64,000 bases of DNA from Dehalococcoidia bacterium (GTDB lineage Bacteria > Chloroflexota > Dehalococcoidia > UBA2979): positions 2,304,001-2,368,000 of the forward strand of contig OZ244720.1 in NCBI GenBank assembly GCA_965219085.1, written 5' to 3'. A program made the position numbers and the translations under genes. Shown here piece by piece: positions 22,802 to 30,676 of the stretch. The notes under the pieces were generated by a model that was not told the origin of the DNA, searched no databases, and saw only the letters and a program-made list of their open reading frames with translations. Position 1 is the stretch's first letter; each line of letters starts with the position of its first letter.

Positions 22802-22877
22802 GCGGGCAGTCTAGCGCGGCGGCTGGCCGCTTGACGCTCCGGCCGCCGCGCGTTGGCGAACCCGCCCGAGGCGCGGT

Positions 22878-24212
22878 CTACAGCCCGAGCAGCTTGCCGA
22901 GGCCTCCGGGCCCCTTGCCGCTGGTCATGACCTGCATCAGTTTCTTCGCCTCGCGGTACTGGTTCAAGAGACGGTTCACGTCGGCCGGCTGCATCCCGCA
23001 TCCAGCGGCGATGCGACGACGCCTCGATCCGTCGATGATCTCCGGCCGCCGGCGCTCCGAGGGGGTCATCGAGAGGATGATCGCCTCGCTGCGCTTCCAG
23101 AACCGTTCGTCGATGTCGGGGATCTGCATCTGCTGCTTCATCTGCCCCGCGCCCGGCAGCATGTCGAGCAGGCCCGAGAGCGGGCCCATCTGCTGCACCT
23201 GCTGCATCTGCTGCAGGAAGTCCTCGAGGTCGAACTCGCCGCGCTGCATGCGCCGCGCGACATCGCGGGCCTCGGTCTCCCCGATCGTCTCCTTCGCCTT
23301 CTCGACCAGCGACACCACGTCGCCCATGCCGAGGATGCGCGAGGCGAAGCGGTCCGGGTGGAACACCTCGAGCGCCTCGAGGCGCTCGCCGGTGGTGATG
23401 AACTTGATGGGCAGCCCGGTCACCTCGCGCACCGACAGCACGGCGCCGCCGCGCGTGTCGGAGTCGACCTTGGTGACGACGATGCCCGTGCCCTCGACGG
23501 CGTCGTCGAAGTCGCGGGCGAGGGTGACGGCCTCCTGGCCGGTCATCGCGTCGACGACGATCAGCACCTCGGTCGGGTCGATCTCGTCGGCCAGCGCGGC
23601 CAGTTCGTCGGCGAAGTCATCGTCGAGGGCGACCGCGCCACGGGTGTCGATGACCATCGCGGTCGCGCCGCTGCGCCGCGCCTCGGCCAGCGCGCGTTTG
23701 GCGATCACCGGCGCGGGCGCCTCGGTCTCCTCGGTGTAGACGGGCACGCCGATCTGCTCGCCGAGCACGCGCAGCTGCTCGGAGGCGGCCGCTCGCTGGA
23801 AGTCGGTCGCGACGAGGAGCGGGCGCAGGCCGTCCTGCTGCAGGTGCAGCGCGAGGCGCCCGGCAAGTGTCGTCTTGCCCGAGCCCTGCACGCCGCACAC
23901 GAGGATCTTCGTCGGCCCCTTCTCGGCGCGCAGCATCGGCTCCTCGTTGCCGCCGAGGATCTCGACCAGCTGGTCGTGGACGATGCCGATGACCTGCTGC
24001 CCGGGCGTGATCGATTGCAGCACCTCGGCGCCGTTCGCCCGCTCGCGCACGCGCGCGATGAAGTCGCGCACGACGCGGAAGTTGACGTCGGCCTCCAGCA
24101 GCGCGACGCGCACCTCGCGCATCGCGGTGTCGAGGTCGGCCTCGGTAATGCGACCGCCGCGGCCGAGGCGGGCGAAGGTGGACTGGAGTCGTTCGCTGAG
24201 GGTTTCGAGCAT
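22878..24212 (-). CDS. ffh: Signal recognition particle protein
   Basis: ALLEADV; GVQGSGKTT; DAMTGQ; RILGMGD; M-domain SMTPSER...SRRRRIAAG. Confidence 0.96.
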   Translation of the reverse strand: MLETLSERLQSTFARLGRGGRITEADLDTAMREVRVALLEADVNFRVVRDFIARVRERANGAEVLQSITPGQQVIGIVHDQLVEILGGNEEPMLRAEKGPTKILVCGVQGSGKTTLAGRLALHLQQDGLRPLLVATDFQRAAASEQLRVLGEQIGVPVYTEETEAPAPVIAKRALAEARRSGATAMVIDTRGAVALDDDFADELAALADEIDPTEVLIVVDAMTGQEAVTLARDFDDAVEGTGIVVTKVDSDTRGGAVLSVREVTGLPIKFITTGERLEALEVFHPDRFASRILGMGDVVSLVEKAKETIGETEARDVARRMQRGEFDLEDFLQQMQQVQQMGPLSGLLDMLPGAGQMKQQMQIPDIDERFWKRSEAIILSMTPSERRRPEIIDGSRRRRIAAGCGMQPADVNRLLNQYREAKKLMQVMTSGKGPGGLGKLLGL

Positions 24213-24337
24213 CGTGGGGGAGTGTAGCAGCGCGAGCGATCCTCGAGCCCCGCAGGCGGCTGCAGTGCGTTGGCGAGGAGTGGGCGAGCGGCGCGCGTTG
24301 CTAGCGCTGCCGGGGCGGTATAACGTTTGTTGCTGCC

Positions 24338-24784
24338 ATGCTGCGTGCTGCGAACCTCTGGATCTGCTGCCTGCTCGGGGCGCTCGTGGTCGCGGCGTGC
24401 GGCGGGGGCCTCAGCGTGTTCTCGATGGAGGTTGGGGACTGCTTCGACGATCCGTCCGCCCAGTCCACCGAGTTGTCGGAGGTCGACGAAGTCCCGTGCT
24501 CGGAGAGCCACGACAACGAGGTCTACGCGATCGCCGACCACCCCGCGGGAGATGACGCGGCGTTTCCCGGCGAGGACGCGCTGGATTTCTACGGCTGGGG
24601 CTACTGTCTCAGCGAGTTCGAGAGCTACGTCGGAATCGCCTACGAGGACTCTCGCCTGGACTTGAGCTACATCTTCCCGCTGCGAGACGGATGGGAACGC
24701 GACGGCGATCGCGAGTTCGTCTGCTTCCTCTACGACCTGAACCTCGAGAAATTGTCCGGGTCGATGCAGGGGAGCGGCGAGTAA
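24338..24784 (+). CDS. Lipoprotein with septum-formation-family Cys-rich domain
   Basis: Lipobox VAAC; EVGDCF...VPCSESHDNEV...C...GDREFVC. Confidence 0.7.
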   Translation: MLRAANLWICCLLGALVVAACGGGLSVFSMEVGDCFDDPSAQSTELSEVDEVPCSESHDNEVYAIADHPAGDDAAFPGEDALDFYGWGYCLSEFESYVGIAYEDSRLDLSYIFPLRDGWERDGDREFVCFLYDLNLEKLSGSMQGSGE

Positions 24785-24991
24785 CCCCCACGCTCCGGGT
24801 CCTGGCGCATTGCCCCAGCCCCACCCCGCTGTGCCACCCGCGCATCCAGAACCCGGCGAGGCAGTCCAAGTCGCGAAGCTGCCTCTCCGCGGAGGGTCTA
24901 AGCTAGCGCCCGCTCCCACCGCAGTGCCCGCGTATGCGCCGCGGCCCGCTTGGCCGACCATCGTGCCGCGCGTGGGACAGGTGCGTCGCTG

Positions 24992-25287
24992 GTGGATGTC
25001 GAGTTCCGCACGCGCCGACTTGAGCGCTGCTTCGAGCACCTCAACCTCGCCATACGGGAGTGGGGCCCGGAGGTAGGCCCGCGCTACGTCGAGCGCGTCA
25101 GGGCACTGTATCGGGCGCGCGGCTTCGAGTTCCTGTACGGATTCAGAGTGCTCGGGCTCCATCCCTCAGGGGCGATCGACGCGGTCAGTACGCGCTGCGA
25201 CTGACTGGCCGGGTGCGGCTGATCATCGAACGGGGAGACGACCCTGATACTGTGATCGTCGTCGAGGTGGTGGACTATCATGACTAG
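24992..25287 (+). pseudogene. higB: HigB/RelE-like toxin, copy 1 (frameshift near 25165)
   Basis: VDVEFRTRRLERC...GLHP, continuing in another frame as LRGDRRGQYALRLTGRVRLI...VEVVDYHD. Confidence 0.8.
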
Positions 25288-25594
25288 CGTGACAAGCACA
25301 GCACGGCGCCTGGTCGTCTCGGATGCCGTGATCCACCCCGGCGAGCTCCTCGCCGAGGAGCTTGAGGTACGCGGCATGACTCAGCGCGAGCTCGCGCTCG
25401 CGATGGGGCGGCCGCCGCAGCTCATCAGCGAGATCGTCCGTGGCCGTAGGGGTATCTCGGCGGAGACGGCGCTCCAGCTCGAGGCCACGCTCGGCACTGC
25501 GGCTCACATCTGGGTCGGGCTCGACGCCGACTACCGCCTCGCCCTCGCGCAGCAGCGGTCACGTAGCCGCCCCGACGCGTCGGGTCTAAGCTAG
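25280..25594 (+). CDS. higA: HigA family antitoxin, copy 1
   Basis: IHPGELLAEELE...MTQRELA...ISEIVRGRRGISAETA. Confidence 0.92.
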   Translation: MTSVTSTARRLVVSDAVIHPGELLAEELEVRGMTQRELALAMGRPPQLISEIVRGRRGISAETALQLEATLGTAAHIWVGLDADYRLALAQQRSRSRPDASGLS

Positions 25595-25679
25595 CTCTCC
25601 GCTCCCACCTCAGCCTGCACAGATCCGCGAGTCGGCGCCCGGCTGACTGCAGCGGCTTGTGCGCGAGGGGTGTGCGCCG

Positions 25680-25977
25680 GTGGAGGTACGGTTCCGCACG
25701 CGAACGCCTCGAGCGGTGTGCCGGACACGTGGGAGCGGCGGTGCGCGCATGGGGCCCCGAGGTTGGTCCGCGCTACATCGAGCGGGTCCAGCTCCTCCAG
25801 GAGGTTCCGTCTGTGGAGACACTGTTCCGTTTCCGCGCGGTGGGCTTCCACCCCCTCCGTGCCGACCGTCGAGGACAGTTCGCTCTCCGGCTCACCGGTC
25901 GGATGCGGCTGATCATCGAGCGTGGGCCGGACGACCGCTCGCTGACGGTGGTCGAGGTGGTTGACTATCATGACTAG
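25680..25977 (+). pseudogene. higB: HigB/RelE-like toxin, copy 2 (extra base near 25703)
   Basis: VEVRFRTR, then a frameshift to RLERC...WGPEVGPRY...HPLRADRRGQFALRLTGRMRLI...DYHD. Confidence 0.8.
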
Positions 25978-26248
25978 CGTGACTCAGACAAAGATCGTTC
26001 CCGACATCGCGATCCCGCCAGGCGAACTCCTCGCCGAGGAGCTTGAGGCGCGCGGCATGACGCAGCGCGACCTCGCAACGCTCATGGGGCGCCCACCGAA
26101 GGTGATTAGCGAGATCGTCCGGGGCCGGAAGGCGATTACGCCGCGCACGGCCATCCAGATCGAGGAAGCTCTCGGTACACCCGCGAGCGTATGGGTCGGC
26201 CTTGAGGCGCAGTACCGCCTCGTGCTCGCCCGCCAAGAAGTCGCGTAG
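25970..26248 (+). CDS. higA: HigA family antitoxin, copy 2
   Basis: IPPGELLAEELE...MTQRDLA...ISEIVRGRKAIT. Confidence 0.92.
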   Translation: MTSVTQTKIVPDIAIPPGELLAEELEARGMTQRDLATLMGRPPKVISEIVRGRKAITPRTAIQIEEALGTPASVWVGLEAQYRLVLARQEVA

Positions 26249-26294
26249 CGACCCTCGACGCCAACTCGGGCAGGTCGAGGGCTGCGCAAGGGGG

Positions 26295-27314
26295 CTACTC
26301 CAGCCCACGCTCCGCCATCAGCGCGCACACATCCGCCAGCCGGCACGCGTAGCCGTACTCGTTGTCGTACCACGCCATCGTCTTCACCATCCGGCCGCCG
26401 TCGACGACCATCGTCGCCGGCAGGTCGAAGATCGAGGAGCCGGGGTGGCTCTTGAAGTCCGTCGACACCAGTTCCTCGCGCTCCACGTAGAGCACGCCCT
26501 CCATGGGGCCTGACGCCGCCGACTGGAAGGCCTCGTTGATCTCGCCCACCGAGGCGCGCTGCGCCAGGTCCGTCGCGAGGTCGACGACCGAGACGGTCGG
26601 CGTCGGCACGCGGTAGGCGAGGCCCGTCAGCTTGCCCTCGAGCTCCGGCATGATCTTTGACACCGCGCTCGCCGCGCCCGTCGAGGTCGGGATGATGTTG
26701 AGCCCGGCGGCGCGCGCGCGCCGCAAGTCCTTGTGCTTCGAGTCCATCAGGTTCTGGTCGCGCGTGTAGGAGTGGATCGTGGTCATCAGCCCGCGCTCCA
26801 CGCCGAAGGCGTCGTGCAGCACCTTCACGACGGGCACGACGCAGTTCGTCGTGCACGAGCCGGCGCTGATCACGTGGTGGCTGGCGGGGTCGTACTCGTC
26901 GTGGTTGACGCCGTAGATGACCATCCAGTCCTCGCCGCGGCCGGGGGCCGAGATGAGCACCTTCTTCACGCCGTCGCGGAGGTGCAGCGCCGCGCTGTCG
27001 CGGTCGCGGAACGCCCCGCTCGACTCGACGACCACGTCGACGCCGGCGGACGCCCAGTCGATGGTGGCGGGGTCGGAGCCCTCGAAGACGCGCACCTCGT
27101 GGCCGTCGATCGAGAAGCAGCCGTCGCCGTCGACGACCTCGGCGGGGAAGCGGCCGTAGTCGGAGTCATAACGCAGCAGGTGGGTGTGCATGTCGACGGG
27201 CGAGCGCCCGTTGATCGCGACGATCTCGAAGTCCTCGCGGTTGCGTTCCCACCAGGCGCGCAGGAACTGGCGCCCGGTGCGGCCGAAGCCGTTGATCCCC
27301 ACCCGCATGGCCAT
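26295..27314 (-). CDS. gap: Glyceraldehyde-3-phosphate dehydrogenase (type I)
   Basis: GINGFGR; SCTTNC; NIIPTSTGAA; WYDNEYGY. Confidence 0.96.
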   Translation of the reverse strand: MAMRVGINGFGRTGRQFLRAWWERNREDFEIVAINGRSPVDMHTHLLRYDSDYGRFPAEVVDGDGCFSIDGHEVRVFEGSDPATIDWASAGVDVVVESSGAFRDRDSAALHLRDGVKKVLISAPGRGEDWMVIYGVNHDEYDPASHHVISAGSCTTNCVVPVVKVLHDAFGVERGLMTTIHSYTRDQNLMDSKHKDLRRARAAGLNIIPTSTGAASAVSKIMPELEGKLTGLAYRVPTPTVSVVDLATDLAQRASVGEINEAFQSAASGPMEGVLYVEREELVSTDFKSHPGSSIFDLPATMVVDGGRMVKTMAWYDNEYGYACRLADVCALMAERGLE

Positions 27315-27403
27315 GGCGTCGACATCCTCTCGGTCCGGGGAGGCTGTGATCTGATTCTACCGCGCCAAGGCCTCTCGGCGATGGCGTATCAACGCCCGAT
27401 CGC

Positions 27404-28300
27404 CTACAGGAGCACGCGTTTCGTCGCGTCGCCCGGGCGGCGGCGGAAGTCCGTGAGCAGGTGTCGGCGCCGCCCCGACTCGTCGATGTGCTCCTCGAGC
27501 CGGCAGCGCTGGCCCTCGAGCAGGTGGACGTCGACCTCCCGCACGTGCGCGACGACCTCGTCGCGCAGCTCGCGCGAGGCCGGGAAGTGCCCGGCGGCGT
27601 GCATGGCGATGTGCAGCTGGCGCGTCCCGATGCGCAGCAGCCAGCCGAGCAGCAGCTCGGCCCAGCCGAGGTGGAACGCCTCGTCGCCGAAGATCAGCGG
27701 GTAGCGACGCTCGGACGCCTCGTTCGCCGTAAAGAGCGCCGTCGGCCCGAAGTTGGGGCGGCCGAGGTCGCTGGCGGCGCGGTAGATGGCGCGCAGGTGC
27801 TCGTCGCCGGCGATGGCCTCGCCGCCGAAGTAGTGCCCGAGCCCCACGTCCTCGGCGCGCGCCTGCTCGTGGCGGGCGTAGGCCTGGTGCGCCCACTCCA
27901 GGAACGACTCGATCTCCCCGGGCAGGGCGGACTGCGCGGCGACGTGCTCGATCGCCTGGCGGACGAGCGGGACGGCGCTCTGGTATGCGCCGCGCCGCAC
28001 CAGCGACGCGGCGTCCGAGGTGCATAGGAACGCCCGGCTCCACAGCGAGGCGAGCGCGGCCATCGTCATCGTGCGCGCGCTGGGCGTGTAGCCGCTGGCG
28101 GCGAAGCGCGCCTGCACGTCGAGGCCCGCTTCGAGCAGGCGCAGGTCGTCGCCGAGCACGAAGCCGGTCTGCCGCCACGCGTCCTCGGCGGCGTCGGAGA
28201 GCGCATCGGGCTTGCCGGGCAGCGTCCACGAGTCGGGGACGCGCATGCCGGAGACGCGCTGCGGAGCGCCGAGGGGCGAGAGGTCGCCGTTGAAGGTCAT
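27404..28300 (-). CDS. Hypothetical protein (about 298 aa)
   Basis: Host-like codon usage; ATG at 28300; no recognisable family. Confidence 0.65.
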   Translation of the reverse strand: MTFNGDLSPLGAPQRVSGMRVPDSWTLPGKPDALSDAAEDAWRQTGFVLGDDLRLLEAGLDVQARFAASGYTPSARTMTMAALASLWSRAFLCTSDAASLVRRGAYQSAVPLVRQAIEHVAAQSALPGEIESFLEWAHQAYARHEQARAEDVGLGHYFGGEAIAGDEHLRAIYRAASDLGRPNFGPTALFTANEASERRYPLIFGDEAFHLGWAELLLGWLLRIGTRQLHIAMHAAGHFPASRELRDEVVAHVREVDVHLLEGQRCRLEEHIDESGRRRHLLTDFRRRPGDATKRVLL

Positions 28301-28327
28301 GCCCTCATTCTGGCCGATCGGACAGCT

Positions 28328-28375
28328 GCGGGGCAGGTTCTCGGTGTGCGTGCATGGTGGGTCCGAGGTGTACTC
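28328..28375 (-). repeat. Duplicate of the helicase 3' region (matches 30701-30748)
   Basis: 44/48 nt identical, all four mismatches synonymous; both copies encode EYTSDPPCTHTENLPR. Confidence 0.93.
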
Positions 28376-28474
28376 GCTGATGGCGCAGGCGCCCCCGCCC
28401 ATGCCATGATGTCCTGCGGACGGAGAGCCAGCAGCGAGTGTCGAGTGAACGTCATGGCGCTGCCAAGAGCTATC

Positions 28475-28550
28475 TGGTGCCGGGGGCCGGGCTTGAACCG
28501 GCGACGCGCGGTTTTCAAGACCGCCGCTCTACCCACTGAGCTACCCCGGC
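28475..28550 (-). tRNA. tRNA with anticodon TGA (nominally Ser) on a short-variable-loop Thr/Phe-like body
   Basis: GCCGGGG-TA-GCTC AGTGGGTA GAGC-G-GCGGT CTTGAAA ACCGC-GCGTC-GCCGG TTCAAGC CCGGC-CCCCGGC-A-CCA; 76 nt, all stems paired. Confidence 0.9.
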
Positions 28551-28565
28551 TTCGGTAGGCGGTGC

Positions 28566-28600
28566 GAGGCGGGCTCCTCTTTACACGGCGAGCCCGCCTC
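28566..28600. terminator. 11-bp inverted repeat between the hypothetical gene and the odd tRNA
   Basis: GAGGCGGGCTC...GAGCCCGCCTC; no clear U-tract. Confidence 0.45.
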
Positions 28601-28611
28601 CACCGAATCCG

Positions 28612-29058
28612 CTAGAATGGTAGGTCGTCCACCTCCGGCTTCTTAAATTGGTACAGCGCTGGCTCTTCCTCACCGACACGCTCGATGCTGGCATGGCCTT
28701 GGAGCACCGCGTTGAGCGTCCGCAGCGGCACATTCAGGTGGGCGTCCCGCAGCGTGGTCGCGATTGTGGCGCGTGTGAGTGGCTTTCCAGCTTCGAGGAG
28801 GACTTCCACGATTGCCTTGGCGGGATCCGCTCGTACGAACCGGAATTCGCCGGTGGCGCCGGTCCCGGGTGGCCACCCTGCGATGCGGTGCGGTCCGCCC
28901 CCGAGTCGCTCCCACGCAGCGTCTCTGAGGGCTGCGTACTTGATGGCGGCCACATTGAAATTGATCCGGGCCTGACTCAACTGCGTATTCGCGTCAGCCA
29001 ATTGTTCTTCGGCGTCTGCGATGGATCGGAGAATTGCATCTGTGTAGTCGTCGTTCAC
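28612..29058 (-). CDS. Hypothetical coiled-coil plus winged-HTH protein (accessory, lower GC)
   Basis: N-terminal heptads; AIVEVLLEAGKPLTRATI HTH-like motif; C-terminal DDLPF. Confidence 0.55.
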   Translation of the reverse strand: MNDDYTDAILRSIADAEEQLADANTQLSQARINFNVAAIKYAALRDAAWERLGGGPHRIAGWPPGTGATGEFRFVRADPAKAIVEVLLEAGKPLTRATIATTLRDAHLNVPLRTLNAVLQGHASIERVGEEEPALYQFKKPEVDDLPF

Positions 29059-29288
29059 TCGTATACACCTCTCTGAGAGATCGAGTATATGACGGATGTC
29101 AACCACCGATCTATCTAATATCGCTAGTGGGTTACGAATGATGGAACAGAGTGCTCTTGTGCTGCGCGTACGTCCCCACAGAAGCCGCGCGCCATGTGGG
29201 GCACTGCTGGTAGATCCTGTCCCTCCGGTGCCCCAGTGCATCGGGCCGTGGGAGCGAGCGGTCTAGCCCCGAACGGGGCTGAACTCAG

Positions 29289-30652
29289 GGTCACGTCCCT
29301 GCAAGTGGTGTAACAGTGCACCATCCTGATCATTTGCTAGCTGGCGGTCTGCAGTAGCACCTCCTCGCCTGAGGCGACCTCGGCCACGGCCGCCGGCAGC
29401 GGCTGCAGCATCGTCATGTAGCGCCGCCCCTCCGCCCACTCGTCGTGCTGCTCGGCGAGCACGGCGCCGACCAGCCGCACGACGGCGGCACGGTTGGGGA
29501 AGATGCCGACCACGTTGGTGCGCCGCCGGATCTCCTTGTTGAGGCGTTCCAGCGGGTTGTTCGACCAGACCTGCCGCCAGTGGACCGGGAAGGCCGTAAA
29601 CGCCAGGATCTCCGGCCCGGCGTCGGCGAGCAGCGCCGCGGCCTCGGGGAAGCGCTCGGCGAGCTGCTCCACCACGCGGGCGTGTTGGGCCTGCACCTCG
29701 GCCGCCGAGGACTGCTCGTAGATCGTCCGCACCGTCGTCGCCACCAGCTTCTCGGCGCTCTTCGGCACCCGGGTCAGCAGGTTGCGCATGAAGTGCGTGC
29801 GGCAGCGCTGCCAGGAGGCGCCGGCGAAGACCGTCGCGATCGCCTCCCTGAGGCCCTGGTGCGCGTCCGAGGTGACGAGCTCGACGCCGGACAGGCCGCG
29901 CGCCACGAGCCCGCGCAGGAAGCTCAGCCAGAACGCCCCGTCCTCGGAGGTGCCGACGTCGATGCCCAGCAGCTCGCGCTTGCCGGAGGCGTTGACGGCG
30001 GTGGCGACGACCACGGCCACCTGCACGACGCGGCCCTCCTCGCGCACGAGCTGGGTGAGCGCGTCGAGCCAGAGGTAGCGGTAGGGGCCCGAGTCGAGGG
30101 GCCGCTCGAGGAAGCTCGAGACGACCTCGTCGAGTTCAGCGCAGATGCGCGAGACCTGGCTCTTGGAGATGCCGTCGCAGCCGAGCGAGCGCACGAGGTC
30201 GTCGACGCGACGGGTCGAGACGCCCTCGACGTAGGCCTGCGTGACCACGGAGACCAGGGCGCGCTCCGAGCGCCGCCGCGGCTCGAGCAGCGAGGGGAAG
30301 TAGCTGCCCTCGCGCAGCTTCGGGATGCCCAGTTCGATCGTGCCCACACGCGTGTCCCAGCGCCGCGGCCGGTAGCCGTTGCGCCGGGTCAGGCGCGTCT
30401 CGCTGCGCTCGCCGTGGGCGGCGCCGATCTGCTCGGAGACCTCGGCGTCCATCACCGCCTGGGCGAGCACCGCGACCGCCTCGCGCAGAAAGTCGAGGTC
30501 CGCTCCGTCCGCCTGCTTGCGCAGCAGTTCCAACAAGTCCACGCTCTCCTTGACCACAGTCGTCCTCCTCCACGTGACTCTTCTTCTTGTGAAGGATGGC
30601 GCTGTGGTCTCCTACGTCTACCTCCTGTGACACCACTTCCTGGGACGCTACT
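29289..30652 (-). mobile_element. IS256-family insertion sequence
   Basis: Imperfect terminal IRs (GTCACGTCCCTGCAAGTGGTGTAACA / GTAGCGTCCCAGGAAGTGGTGTCACA); flanking direct repeat GAACTCAG at 29281-29288 and 30653-30660, extendable to 10 bp. Confidence 0.9.
29337..30557 (-). CDS. IS256 family transposase
   Basis: RNGYR; GVSTRRV; LDAL; SDAHQGL; WQRCRTH; NNPLERLNKEIRRR. Confidence 0.96.
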   Translation of the reverse strand: MVKESVDLLELLRKQADGADLDFLREAVAVLAQAVMDAEVSEQIGAAHGERSETRLTRRNGYRPRRWDTRVGTIELGIPKLREGSYFPSLLEPRRRSERALVSVVTQAYVEGVSTRRVDDLVRSLGCDGISKSQVSRICAELDEVVSSFLERPLDSGPYRYLWLDALTQLVREEGRVVQVAVVVATAVNASGKRELLGIDVGTSEDGAFWLSFLRGLVARGLSGVELVTSDAHQGLREAIATVFAGASWQRCRTHFMRNLLTRVPKSAEKLVATTVRTIYEQSSAAEVQAQHARVVEQLAERFPEAAALLADAGPEILAFTAFPVHWRQVWSNNPLERLNKEIRRRTNVVGIFPNRAAVVRLVGAVLAEQHDEWAEGRRYMTMLQPLPAAVAEVASGEEVLLQTAS

Positions 30653-30676
30653 GAACTCAGTGCGTGGGCGGCTGCT

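Noticed and set aside
19477-22870. 10-bp inverted repeat (CTCGGGCGGG / CCCGCCCGAG) around the RM gene
   Set aside because: Short GC-rich match, no transposase or target duplication; probably chance.
28418-28459. Possible diverged copy of the 5' end of the 27404-28300 gene (MTF...PQ spacing shared)
   Set aside because: Only about 5 of 14 residues match; not significant by eye.
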